A stretch of 63,239 nucleotides of DNA, the filler included, from Octopus bimaculoides (lineage: Eukaryota), in the NCBI RefSeq assembly GCF_001194135.2. It is 10 parts of 9 records of this genome, joined end to end, with 100 filler letters (N's around TTAATTAATTAA, not from the genome) between each part and the next. Parts side by side here need not be neighbours in the genome. Positions count along the whole stretch, not along the records: positions 1 to 31,017 come from NC_068990.1; 9 more parts are not named here. One strand, written 5' to 3'. Shown piece by piece: positions 13,541-26,625 of the stretch (position 1 is its first letter; each line of letters starts with the position of its first letter). A program made the position numbers and the translations under genes. The notes below the pieces were generated by a model. It made no database searches, had not been told where the DNA came from, and worked only from the letters and a program-made list of their open reading frames with translations.

Positions 13541-13571
13541 GCAGCAGCAGCAGCAACAATAATATTAATAA

Positions 13572-13742
13572 TCCTTTCTACCATAGGCACAAGGTCTGAA
13601 ATTTCGGGGGAGGGGGATAAGTCGATGACATCGACCCCAGTGCGTAACTGGTACTTAATTTATCGAGCCTGAAAGGATGAAAGGCAAAATCGACCTCGGC
13701 GGAATTTGAACTCAGAGCGCGGTGACGGGCGAAATATCGCTA
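13572..13742 (-). mobile_element. SINE family A
   Basis: Reverse complement of the family-A consensus, tail-to-tail with the LINE. Confidence 0.85.
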
Positions 13743-14287
13743 ATGATGATGATGATGAAGAAGAACAGTGGGTAAAAATAACCCTGGAATACAGTTCATT
13801 TCTGTTGATTGTTGTATCTGAGTTGTCACCCCTTGAATTATTTATTTTGGTTTATTTCCTGTCAACGATTCCAGTAAACTGTTGACAATGCTAAATATTT
13901 TCAAGTTTTCAATGATATGACAATGTTATGGAGCCATATTGTATGGTTCTCCGAATTCTGTAGACATCAGACGCATATCAATAAGTTATTGTATTTAATT
14001 TCTTACAACAGATCCGTAAGATATCATAATTTAGTATTCATTGATCAATAAGCGATATTTTTCATCCTGTCTCTTTTTCTTCTTTTACGCTGGCAAGATC
14101 TGATGTTATGAAAGATGAGTCTACGTTGCTTATTTTTCTGTCAAGTTAGCAATTCCTAGCGGAGTTTCAAGCAAGCAATAATTTACAAGAGCTGGTCATT
14201 TATCAGTTTTATTTTACAAAGTGTACAGTCAATTTTCTATAACGCCACAAGGAATACAATAAATTGTAGCAAAATTCAAGTCAGTAT

Positions 14288-14853
14288 ACCTACACAAGTG
14301 TGCCTCCCCACCAAATTTGTTTCTTCAGAAGTTTCGGGAAAAATCGATATTTTTTAATGAAAGTTTCTCTTCAGATGGTACAGATTCCGTTTATATCGGA
14401 ATTTGTTGAGAAATAGTTTTGTAAAGGTCGGGGAAAGAAGATTTTGACAATTTTTATGAGTCGACTTTGTTTCTGCATAAATTTCTGAAAAAAAGGGATT
14501 TTTTAATGAAATTCTCTTCAAATAAATTTCAGGTGGTGTAGATTACGATTATATCGGAATTTAATCTGAAAAGAAAGGAGAAAAGCAGGAAATTGGTGGG
14601 CACGCACACATACACACTGACACACATTACACATAATATACAACAAAATGAAACTTGAAATTTTGAAAAATAATTGTAATGTAGGTCAGTATATACATGT
14701 GTACACTCACCAATGTTTTTCACATTAAATTCCGATCTAATCGTAATCTACACCATCTGCAGGGTGTAGAACATTTAATTAAAAAATACCCATTTTCTTG
14801 AAAGTTATGAGGAAACAAAATCGGAGGGGTAGAATGGGGGCACTTGTGTAGGT
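14288..14853. mobile_element. Foldback/MITE-like element with long imperfect TIRs
   Basis: acctacacaagtg (14288) is the reverse complement of cacttgtgtaggt (ends 14853). Inverted homology extends about 125-140 bp, and a third internal copy lies near 14495-14565. Confidence 0.7.
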
Positions 14854-15551
14854 CTGTTTGTTTTTATCAGCCCCGGTGAGGAGAACAGTTGATCTAAGTG
14901 GGATTTAGTTACAGATCTTGAAGGCAGTGAATTCGCTAAATCCTCTAATCCAATAAGTTTCTAGGTTATCTTTTCTGTCTTTTATCCTTCCTTAATCCGT
15001 TCACGCTTCTTTTCAACAATCCACCAGATATTTGTTTTGGGGTTACACACATTCTTAAGTGTAACCATTTCAGAACATCAAAGTAAAAGAGTTTAAAACT
15101 AGCACAACATGCCATCATAACTAGTTCTTTATAGATTTATAAATTCTTTTCATCCTGTTTAGGTGAAATCACATATTTATGTGTAAAATTTACACTTAGC
15201 TATGTTTTGATGTAGTTGCTATTTAGCTGTAGGTCATCCTGTTTATGATCAAAGGAATTCTAACTGTGATCATCCTCTGTGTGCGCATGTGTGTATGTGT
15301 GCGCGCACGCATGTAGTATGTATATTTGTATGTATGTATGTATGTATATACATAAGATCACATGGTCTTTGACACTTATGTATTAGGAAACAGGATGTGA
15401 TTTGTTGGAAATTTGTTTTCGATCCCCTTCTTGTATTTAGTCGCACTCTACCTCAATTGTATTATGTTGTATCTCACGTTGTATAATCCTGTTTGACTAT
15501 TGTTTAAAAGAATACATCACATTTCTCTGACGTTCAAGTTAACTTCCACTG

Positions 15552-15594
<43 letters not shown>

Positions 15595-16061
15595 AGGGGA
15601 CATGTGCCTGTCCACTTCACACACGCTCACACACACGCACATAAGTAACATTCGTCAATTTCTTGAAAATGGGGTCATAGCCCCGAAATATTGAATACAA
15701 GGTAAGTCTACATTAATTCATATATTTGTTTTCTTGTGATTTGCCTTGCATTTCCTTCGCATTGTTTTGGCCTTACCCACAATCTTTTATACAATATATT
15801 CTACACAATGCTTCACAGTAATTATTCCATTATANNNNNNNNNNNNNNNNNNNNNNNNNNNNNNNNNNNNNNNNNNNNNNNNNNNNNNNNNNNNNNNNNN
15901 NNNNNNNNNNNNNNNNNNNNNNNNNNNNNNNNNNNNNNNNNNNNNNNNNNNNNNNNNNNNNNNNNNNNNNNNNNNNNNNNNNNNNNNNNNNNNNNNNNNN
16001 NNNNNNNNNNNNNNNNNNNNNNNNNNNNNNNNNNNNNNNNNNNNNNNNNNNNNNNNNNNNN

Positions 16062-16101
<40 letters not shown>

Positions 16102-16106
<5 letters not shown>

Positions 16107-16244
16107 TAGATGATTAATACGGAAGACAGTGTACTGGGAACTTTATTTAGGACAACGATCGTTCCGGTTTACTTCTGCACGACAATCGTTGTCCTAGATA
16201 AAGCTTCCAGTACACTCTGACTTTCGTATTAGTCATTTAGAATA
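16102..16244 (+). repeat. Long inverted repeat/hairpin (58-60 nt arms, 25-nt loop)
   Basis: Arms 16102-16159 and 16185-16244 give 51/58 Watson-Crick pairs plus a 2-nt bulge. Confidence 0.9.
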
Positions 16245-16811
16245 CACTCAACGTGCACTGAGAAATTCCTTACGTACATCCAGCAACGAAAGTGCCCTAC
16301 CCCGGATGACGCCTTGTAGCCGCAAGCGGTGAACGTGTTCTACAAGTACACTACAGGGGACATTCCCATAACAAGGTTTGGATACTACACCTTAAAGTCT
16401 CCTACCTAAATTTTAATTTTAAATACAACTTATATATATATACATAAGGTTCTTAGAGTTCGAGCCGTTTGCTAACAAAGCGGCAAAACTTTTTGTGTTA
16501 AGAGAGTTCCCGGCGTTTGTAAATATGTAAATAGGGTGTGTTGGTTGAGCTGTCGATGTACACACCTAAGTGTGTGCATCTATTCACCTAAACAATCTCA
16601 GCTGGGGAATCTTTGAAATGTCTTACAAATCTTCATTGTGTCACTAATAGATTGGGTTTAGAGAATTTGAGTCAGTTTTTTTCCTCCTTCGTCGAAAAAC
16701 TTTGTATTTCTAGGTTTTTGAATAAATTTGTAGAGATAGCCTACGTATGTATGTATGTATGTATGTATGTATGTATGTATGTATGTATGTATGTATGTAT
16801 GTGCGTTAGTT

Positions 16812-17330
16812 GTAAGCAGTCCATGTTTACCGCCGAATTAAGAGAAGATCGTACAAATGCACAATAAACCAAAATTTATTTGTAGACCTTAATATGTCGT
16901 AACCGCACACAGTTCTTGAGAGAAGCAAAAGATTTTGCTGCTTTTTGAACGCGAGATGCATTTTCTGTGTCCAAAGCTGCTTTTGAGATAACCAAACCAC
17001 AGAGGTAACCTTTTGTTTTACACATATATTTGAGAAACAGTTGGGGTTTGCACCGGTACGAGTTAATGCATTACAAGGGTTTTCTTAGCATTAATTGTTT
17101 ATCGAAAGCTGCTACAAGTAGCGACAAATGCTTTGATCAGGTTTTGTAAATCGATCTCATTGTGAGATATTAAGTCACAATCATCAGCATAAAGGAGATT
17201 TCTAATCTGAGATTTAAAGACCTTGCTCTTTGAACGATTTCATTAAAAGAGTGCTCATCAAATTCTTAGGATTAGCTGCAAATCGTTTACATCAGAGAAA
17301 GGGAAAGAATCGCATCAGTTCACATTATGC
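16812..17330 (-). mobile_element. Degraded RTE-clade RT fragment
   Basis: Minus-strand translation LLYADDCDLISHNEIDLQNLIKAFVATCSSFR*TINAKKTLVM...RVQKAAKSF. Confidence 0.75.
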
Positions 17331-18454
17331 TGGTTTCCAGTCAGCTGAGGTGCACTGACGATATAATGTAAATGTAGAATGAGCGCATCTCTAGATAGTT
17401 TTTGTTTATGGTGAGCTATCTGCCGGGATGCAAAAACATTGGAAACCAAACAAACGGTATGAAGACTTGTTAAAAACCAATCTTGTCTGTCCCAAACAAC
17501 AATATCTGACCTGTTATGTTTACACGTGGCAGCTGTTTTGATGGGAATGTTCCACTAGAATTCCTTGTACTGATGTTTGCGTATATATTAATTGGTTATC
17601 ACTATGCTTAAATAATTCGTTCAACTAAAAATTCTGCACCAGCTTGGGCGCAGCCAAATGACTTAAACAAGTAAAATATGAAAGGTAACATATAACATGT
17701 GCTGGTTCTATTTCAGATTTTATTATTAACTTATAAACTAATCAATCGCTTGAGTGATCGTTCGATTTCTCAGCTGTTCAATTAATTTGTCATTATTCTT
17801 TCGTCGTCATTCATGGCCTCAATATTAACGTGCTTCAAATCTGTCACAATGAACCCAAACTTGTTTACTGTTTTTTTTATTTGTTTTGTACGCATGTAGT
17901 TTTTGGGTCATGTGTAAAATTGTGGGCGCCGTGTGTGTGTTTCATTTCGTTTCAGATATCTTTGTGCTTGTATGAGTGTATTGTTTGGACAACATTTATT
18001 TGCTTAGACTATATAAACATTCACTGATATCGCGAAACGCCAACCGGATGAATAAAACCCCGTTATGCGTAATAGAAGTAGCTTTACATTAAAGCAACCT
18101 ATCGTTGCAGCCTTTCAATGATATATACATTAAGTATGGCTATGTTAATGTAATGTGGCTTCTCCTGCATATAAAGAAATTTTATTCAGTCCGGTGGCTG
18201 GTCACAATATTTATGTAGATGTGTANNNNNNNNNNNNNNNNNNNNNNNNNNNNNNNNNNNNNNNNNNNNNNNNNNNNNNNNNNNNNNNNNNNNNNNNNNN
18301 NNNNNNNNNNNNNNNNNNNNNNNNNNNNNNNACATATATATATATATATTATATATATTATATGGCATGTATATTATATGGCATGTAAGATTAATCTGAT
18401 ATGTAATCTACAGCATTACAGCATAATGTGCATTGGTGCTTGTAAAGACAAAAA

Positions 18455-18639
18455 CATGTCGATATTGACGATCACCTTCCTTCCAAACACTGCTGTAAAC
18501 GGAGAAAGTGAGGTAGAACGTTAAAACTTAGTGCACATGCACAGCAGAGTACAAGGTCAGTCTGTGCCAAGTGGCTTTACTCTGCGTGTTTTAGCTTCGT
18601 TACTATGGCAACAGTCCGATACTTATTGATTAGACCACG
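18455..18639 (-). mobile_element. Mariner-type transposon terminal fragment
   Basis: Reverse complement reads TA|CGTGGTCTAATCAATAAGTATC, a mariner-like TIR next to TA at 18640-18641. The family assignment is from recall. Confidence 0.55.
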
Positions 18640-18934
18640 TACATAGGTACATTTGCTAATGGGCAGATAAGTAATTAGCATATGCTCATGATCTTTCATA
18701 AGGATAAAATATGTATATCCGAATATGTTATTTGTTACTTCCTCCATCAAGACTTCTGTAACAACGATAATAATTTTTTGATGTGTTCTTTTTTGCACTG
18801 AGGAGAACAGTAATATGTAATTAATTTAATTTAATTTAATTAATTTCTAATTATTCTACCATGTTATTTACATGTTAATATTGCTGTACGAAACAATCGT
18901 ATACATGTATTTAGATTCTTTTTTAAATTTTAAT

Positions 18935-20047
18935 ATTTTCTTTTCTCCATCTTGCACGCTTTCCAAGACTGTGATATCGGCGTCTATATTCGCTTCAGAA
19001 CCACAGGTAAGGTCTTTGATGTTAAACGCTTTAATGCAAAGTCGAAGACATTCCAGGCCCTTGTCTGAGAGCTCCTTTATTTATGTTGATGATGTAGTTC
19101 TCGTTACTTCCACCGAGGAGGGCATGTATTGGATCTCTTCTCTAGAGCTTGTATTGATTTTGGACTTACCGTCAGTCTAAAGAAAACAAAGATCATGTTC
19201 TCTCAGCCACCAGGCCAACCCTATGTGGAACCTAACATCTTCGTCCAGGGTACAAGATTAGATGTGGTTGACTCGTTCATATACCTTGGCAGCACTCTCA
19301 TTAGAGATGGATCCTTTGATTCTGAAATAAACCTGAGAATTGAAAAAGCCAGCAAAGCATTTGGAAGATTTGAAAATCGTGTGTGGTCTGATAGAGGTAT
19401 CACCTTCAAAACCAAGTTTAGTATCCATGAATCTTGCATTTTAACAGTCCTCCTGTACTCTTCTGAGACCTGAACGACATATGGGCACCACATCAATGCT
19501 TTAGAAAGTTTCCATCAGACTTGCCTAAGGAGGATACTAGACATCAAATGGATGTCTTTAACACCAGACACCGTTGTTCTTCAGCAAGCTAACACATCCA
19601 GTGTTGAAATGATACTCATACGCAATCAGATGCTTTGGGTTGGGAACCTTGTTAGGATGCAAGATGACTGGTTGCCAAAGCAGTTGTTTTACGGAGAGTT
19701 GCAGCGTGGCAAACGTCCGAGACATAAACCTAGGAAACGTTTTAGGGATGCTGTCAAAAGCAACCTCAAGGCTCTAAATGTGAAAGTTGAAGACTGGGAG
19801 CAGATGGCACAAGATCGATCGATTTGGAAACAAATGATCTACAATAGATGTAAAGCATTTGAAGCTTGAAGAATTGAAAATCTATCTTGAATCGAGCATT
19901 TCGTAGACAGGACTAAGCTACAATCCCAGACACTTTTCTGCTTAAAAATATTTGTAAGGTCTGCAGTAGAGTTTGTTTGTCAAGAGCAGGACTTGCTAGT
20001 CATATAAGATCTCATGACTGTATTTATTAATTGAAGAGATGGCCTTC
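18935..20047 (+). mobile_element. RTE-clade LINE 3' fragment (RT C-terminus)
   Basis: YVDD, FGLTVSLKKTK, FIYLGSTL, LLYSSET*TTY, LPKQLFYGEL..GKRP..KPRKRFRD and a terminal CxxC...H zinc-finger-like segment; several stops and frameshifts. Confidence 0.92.
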
Positions 20048-20207
20048 TTCTGTAAAGAAGTGGCAATCATCATATTTTATGTATGTATGTATGTATGTAT
20101 GTATGTATGTATGTATGTATGTATGTATGTATGTATGTATGTATGCATGTATGTATTTATGTATGTATGTATTTATGTATGTATGTATGTGTGTGCGTGC
20201 GTGTGTG

Positions 20208-20253
<46 letters not shown>

Positions 20254-20675
20254 CAAACCATTGCTTAACAACAGCCTGTTTGTGACATCTGTCAGAAACA
20301 AATAATTGAGCTTATATGAAAGGAAGCGTAACCAGGATAAAGCCCGGTTATCAGAGCGTGAATATTGCAACAAAGACTGTTGTTTCGTGCAGGTGTGTCA
20401 TTGTGTGTGTGTGTGAGTGTGTGGTTGTGACACTGGATACAGTGCACGTGCACTGAATCCACTTCTCCAGTAAGAGTTTTACTCAAAAACAAATAAACCT
20501 TAAGCTATGTTTTTTCATACATAAAACAACTCCGGCCATGTTTCTCAGTGTTGTCTGCAAATCTCCACTTCATCATTCGGGTCTACACAATAACTCACTT
20601 GTTCTTTTGCTTTTGTTAATTCACACAGTGTCTTCTTCTTCTTCTTCTTCTTCTTCTTCTTCTTCTTCTTCTTCT

Positions 20676-20712
<37 letters not shown>

Positions 20713-21109
20713 TTTCTTTTTTCTTTCTACTTTTTCTTCTTTTCTCCTCCACAACCTCCCCTTCACCTTATCCCCTCTCTCCACCTCCTCATNNNNNNNN
20801 NNNNNNNNNNNNNNNNNNNNNNNNNNNNNNNNNNNNNNNNNNNNNNNNNNNNNNNNNNNNNNNNNNNNNNNNNNNNNNNNNNNNNNNNNNNNNNNNNNNN
20901 NNNNNNNNNNNNNNNNNNNNNNNNNNNNNNNNNNNNNNNNNNNNNNNNNNNNNNNNNNNNNNNNNNNNNNNNNNNNNNNNNNNNNNNNNNNNNNNNNNNN
21001 NNNNNNNNNNNGAATGAATACGTTCTCTGCTGCTAAAAGTATGGATGATCAAAAGAACCACGATCAGAAGCACAATTTCTATCAACATATTACAACATTT
21101 TAAACCTGG

Positions 21110-21315
21110 GTTAGCACGCCGGGCGAAATGCTTAGCGATATTTCGTCTGTCTTTACGTCCTGAGTTCAAATTCCGCCGAGGTCGACCTTGCCTTTCATCC
21201 TATCGGGGTCGATAAATTAAGTACCAGTTGCGTACTGGGGTCGATCTAATCGGCTGCCCCCCCCCCACCTCCCCGATAATCTCGGGCTTTGTGCCGAGAG
21301 TAGTAAAGGATATTT
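21110..21315 (+). mobile_element. SINE family A, slightly 5'-truncated, low divergence
   Basis: gagttcaaattccgccgaggtcgaccttgcctttcatcctatcggggtcgataaattaagtaccag. Confidence 0.9.
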
Positions 21316-22136
21316 TATACCTGGATTTCCCACCCATGTCTTAAAATATAATTAGACAAACTGCAACGAGGCAGAATGTATGGAAATGGCAAGGACAGTC
21401 TAAACGTACCATCGCCATTTATCATTCAAGTAATATTATTATTAAAGTGACGAGTCATCGAGGAAGTTTGTACATGGTTACTTGACTTGCTAGAAATAGC
21501 TACAAAATCGCCTGCATTTTCTATTACTATCACCTTTAAAAATGAAAGAGAACTTAGATAAAATAATCGTAGGTATATAATGTCAAAAAAAATAAATAAA
21601 TAAATACATGAATAAATATTTATATAGACGGGTTGTTTTGATTGTAGGTTCAAACAATAATCATTGCAAGAATTCAGTCTTGGAGTTTTCTGTTATTAAT
21701 TCTATTATATAAATGGCTGAATGAATCATTAGCAGTTAGTTGAAAGATGGAATCGTCTGCAGTCTTCAAACAAGAAGAGAATGGGTAGTAGAATGTTTCA
21801 GAGGAATGTGAAAAATTCATTCTTCATAAGATATCTATTTTTGGTTGTTAGTGGGCGAGAGGTTCTCAATGAAGTCGACAATGTAGTTTCGCTTTCCACT
21901 TGGAAGCGTTTCAAATCCTTCATAAAAAGCCGTGAATATCAACAACTCTAACCAATATTCTCTCTTTAAAATTCCAGAACAAAATTAACCATATATATAT
22001 ATATATATATATANNNNNNNNNNNNNNNNNNNNNNNNNNNNNNNNNNNNNNNNNNNNNNNNNNNNNNNNNNNNNNNNNNNNNNNNNNNNNNAAGTATAAA
22101 TATATATATGTACGTATATATATATATGTACGTATG

Positions 22137-22167
<31 letters not shown>

Positions 22168-22814
22168 TTATATATATATATATATATATAATAACATAAA
22201 TAATATATATATGCATATATCCATACATATATGTACATACCTACATCTATATGTATACATACATGCATATATGGGCAAGGATATCACAAAAAACGTTAAA
22301 CACAATGAGAAACGAAAACATAATGACGAAGACAGAAAACGAACTTTTTTTTTCGAACAACGAAAAAAACCCCAAAAAACAGAGAAACGAGACATGCAAC
22401 ACAAAGAATATTTCCCTTCTTCAGTTGTCCCTGTTCCATCTACTCCGCACTTCGAACGTTTGTTTTTACTGTTTGTTTGTCTACATAACATTTTTTATCA
22501 CATTTTAGATCGAGAAAAATGGGCAATGCCTAGAGCCTTGACAAACATTTGCAGAAGATCGCAGGTGAACGAAGTCACGTTCAGTTTTAATTCTTATTGG
22601 TTGTTGTCTATAAAGAAAAAGTACGGAATCTTGAAAGAGAATTTACGGTCAGGTTTTGTGGTAGAACACAGTGAGGAAGATGAAATTAAAGGAGATGGGT
22701 GAAGCAGGCGTACTTAATGTTTGTTGGGGTTTTCAGGCTCTTAGATTAAGGGTCTCTGGCATACCAGTGTGTTGGCGCTATCCAAAACACATTTGAATTA
22801 TGTTCAAGAATACA

Positions 22815-23002
22815 TTGGCTTTAATTTTGGCACAAGACCAGCCGGTTCAGGGGATAAGTCGATTCCATCAACTCCAATGCTCAACTGATACTTATTTTAT
22901 CGACCCGAAAGGATGAAAGGCAAAGTCGAATTTAAACTCAGAACATGCAGACGGAGGAAATGCTGCTAAGCATTTTATCCGACGTGGTAACGATTCTGCT
23001 AG
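22815..23002 (-). mobile_element. SINE family A, degraded
   Basis: ttatcgacccgaaaggatgaaaggcaaagtcga...aactcagaac. Confidence 0.8.
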
Positions 23003-23341
23003 ATGACCCCTTTCTGTACAAGAATATATTTCTGGCAAACCTGGGACAGAACTGACAGTTGTTTATGTTTTATAAGTGGTCTACGATGTGTAACAGCTAC
23101 TCTGCCCCAAGATTTGTGAGTAATGTGGAAGTACAGTTCTGTTTTGTACTACGCCAGCAGATATTCAGAACCGGAGTAAGTTCGCTCTTGAAGAGAAGAC
23201 CAAAAGATTGAAATAAAGTGGTCTGGTTATCAATTTTCGTTTCTATCTTTCTCTATCTCTCTCTTTTTCTTTTTTCTTTCTCCTTTTTCCAATTTTCTCT
23301 CTCTCTTTTTTCCAATTTTCTCTCTCTCCCTCTTCCATATG

Positions 23342-23411
<70 letters not shown>

Positions 23412-24085
23412 TGTGCGTTCGTGTTTCGAAATGCTGGTGACTTATGTCGAGTCAAGAATGGCCACCATGCTAACATAAAGGACCAACAGTAGATAACACA
23501 TCTATTATCGAAGACGTCGCCGGTACTTTGTCCCGATTTCTAGATGATGACCGAATCAATGAGGGAGCATGACCTGCTAGAGATAGCAGCTAAATCTCCT
23601 TCAAATCATGCCCTACAGACTTAGAAAAGTACCAAAGACACGCTCGATAATATGATCCGAGATGCTATTATTAAAGCGGGAAGGTCATGGTTGTAATGGC
23701 TGTGATCCTTGTTCTGTCCGATTGTGGTTGAACAAGAGGTGGGGTGGGGGCATATTTAATAATATCATCTGAGGTAAACAATGTAAAGTCGGGGTAGTCG
23801 AGGTTAGAATGTCTTTGACCATGTGTCAACTCGGTCAAAGTTGACCTAAGACAATGTACTTTCACTTTGTGACCACAAAATAAATATTGACATTATTCGC
23901 CAATATCCAGGTGGACGTGTCCAATTGATACCCCGCCCCCGACCATTTTCCTCCAAAATCTATTCGTTCGATTCCTTTGATTTCAACAATGGAGATTATA
24001 ATTTAAAAAGGAAAATGCAAAAAAACAAAAACATAAAGCTTTTCAACATTTTATCCGCATTTTTTGTTTTTATTGTTCTTTCGTA

Positions 24086-24410
24086 AATTATTATTATTGT
24101 TTTCACATCTCCGAGCGCTCGGTCATGTTTACTCTGGTAGATTCTCTGAGAGCAGACTGATGTCTGCTGTCAGAGAGCTCATAGGGTCTATTTCCGCACA
24201 TTATAAGCTTTGATGCTTGGGAGACATTCAACATCCAAGTACCAATCTCAAAATCTTAGCTGTCCCCAGCATATTTTTTGGACTTGCTCTGCTCTCATGT
24301 CAGTTCCGATTTTTTTGACATATTTCTGGAACTTAGTGGTTATTGCACCGAGTACCTCTACAACTACTGGAATGACAGACACTCTCTCCATAGTCTACAT
24401 TTTTGCAATT
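24086..24410 (-). mobile_element. RLE LINE 3' end with short (AAT)n tail
   Basis: Minus-strand EEIAKM*TMERVSVIPVVVEVLGAITTKFQKYVKKIG, then with a frameshift GTAKILRLVLGC*. Confidence 0.75.
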
Positions 24411-24771
24411 TCCTCTTTTATGCCTTTATGGGTCTCCCTTGGTGGATCTACTCTAAAAATAACATTCCATGACAGCTGTATTCGTCGTCTTGGTCCATTT
24501 AGTTCAAGCAACCGTATAATGACAACCGAGCCTGTGCTGCTCAGCCACAGGGCACCTTCTGGACGAAAGTCCGTCACCCGTGGTTCCGTCCTCATTTATG
24601 CTGTTGTTTCTGTTAATTCTGTTATTCATTAATCTCATGCAGAGGAAAGTATTGATAATATGTCAAATCCATCGGTATTTTTGTTGAGACACCATCTCCA
24701 GAGGGGTTTGTCTTACAAAGTTCAAAAGGGCCCTTCTACTCTTAGAAGTTCAAGTGAGCTATCCTGCGCTG

Positions 24772-24839
<68 letters not shown>

Positions 24840-26499
24840 ATTAAGGCGGCNNNNNNNNNNNNNNNNNNNNNNNNNNNNNNNNNNNNNNNNNNNNNNNNNN
24901 NNNNNNNNNNNNNNNNNNNNNNNNNNNNNNNNNNNNNNNNNNNNNNNNNNNNNNNNNNNNNNNNNNNNNNNNNNNNNNNNNNNNNNNNNNNNNNNNNNNN
25001 NNNNNNNNNNNNNNNNNNNNNNNNNNNNNNNNNNNNNNNNNNNNNNNNNNNNNNNNNNNNNNNNNNNNNNNNNNNNNNNNNNNNNNNNNNNNNNNNNNNN
25101 NNNNNNNNNNNNNNNNNNNNNNNNNNNNNNNNNNNNNNNNNNNNNNNNNNNNNNNNNNNNNNNNNNNNNNNNNNNNNNNNNNNNNNNNNNNNNNNNNNNN
25201 NNNNNNNNNNNNNNNNNNNNNNNNNNNNNNNNNNNNNNNNNNNNNNNNNNNNNNNNNNNNNNNNNNNNNNNNNNNNNNNNNNNNNNNNNNNCCCCAAAAT
25301 ACCGATGCCAATTGCTGGCAATGATTTTCCCCTTTCCATTTGTGATCATAAACCGAAAGAATTCCCCGAAGAGCGAACAACAAACACAGTCAGAAAGGAC
25401 AGATTGAATTCTGTTTTTACAAATCTTTTTTTTTATTGATTTGTCAAATAAAAACAACAATAAAAATACAAAAGCAACAACAAAAATCTAAAAGATGGGG
25501 TGAAATTATAAAAGATGATAATTTTTTTTGTTTTTTAGAAAAAAGAACAATTTGAATTAGCGCCCGGGGTTGTTCACTAGATTCGAACCTACATGCTCGC
25601 TGATGTAGTCAAGGTTACGATGACACACTCACCATTCACCGGTGTATTTGCTTTTTAGGTTCCGTATAAAAATATATAACGACAATACTTTTTATTGAGT
25701 TTTTTTTATCGACTGAATTGGCGAAACGAAAAGAAACAAGACCAGAAAAATAACAACAACAACAGCAAAAACTATAATCTGTGATGTCTGTTGTTTGTTA
25801 GAATCAGCAAAGAAAAATTCATCGGGAAATGAAGAATTTAACTTTTTTTTTTCATTTATCTTTATTTATTTTGTTGTTGATTATTCTTCCAACAATGTCG
25901 ACCAGTTTAATGGAAGGTCAAGCCGACATAGTTTCTATCATTGAATAATATTATTTTAACATGTTATGTAAACGTTCTTTCAAATATAATTAGCGACAGC
26001 AGACGTGTGTGTATATGTGTGTGTGTGTGCATGTGTGCGCGTGTGTAAGTATTAATGTATGTAAGTCTGTATGTGTGCACGTACGTATGTATGTGTGCAT
26101 GTATTATATGCACGTATGTATGTACGTACGTATCTTTTTTTATATGTATGTATGCGTGTGTGTAATGCATCCATGCATGCGTGTGTGTGTGTATGTGTGT
26201 GTGTGGGTACAAGCTTTTGTCACTCAAATCCAATGACGTACAAATGTCTCTTTTTTCCATTTCATTTTTTGATCCGCTTTTTATTTCATAAAGTCTTATG
26301 GCGATGGATGTGTTGCGTGGAAAGTCGTTTACACGCAGAAACGAAAATAGATTAGAACAAACAGGCTGACTGGGAGATGGATAGCATTTGACAAGATGAG
26401 GCAATCATCAATATATGTATAAACGTACGAACGTACGCATATACCTATGTATGTATGTATGTATGTATGTATGTCTTGATTTGGAAAATTGGAAGAATT

Positions 26500-26625
26500 T
26501 GCTTTCTTCAGTCCCCCAACTACGTGGCATTTTAGGCAAGTGTCTTCTACTATAGCCGAAGGCCAACCCAAAACTTGTGAGTGGATTTAATTGAGAGAAA
26601 CAGAAAGAAACCCGTCGTATATACA
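26500..26625 (+). mobile_element. SINE family B, central CORE-like domain
   Basis: ggcaagtgtcttctactatagcc...cttgtgagtggattt...gaaacccgtcgtat; homologous to 29735-30137. Confidence 0.75.

Noticed and set aside
22211-22702. 163-aa ORF without Ns
   Set aside because: It starts in a TA/CA microsatellite and crosses A-rich low-complexity sequence, with no domain signature
25562-25645. tRNA-like sequence on the minus strand (B-box aggttcgaatc)
   Set aside because: No cloverleaf could be built; at most a decayed SINE head
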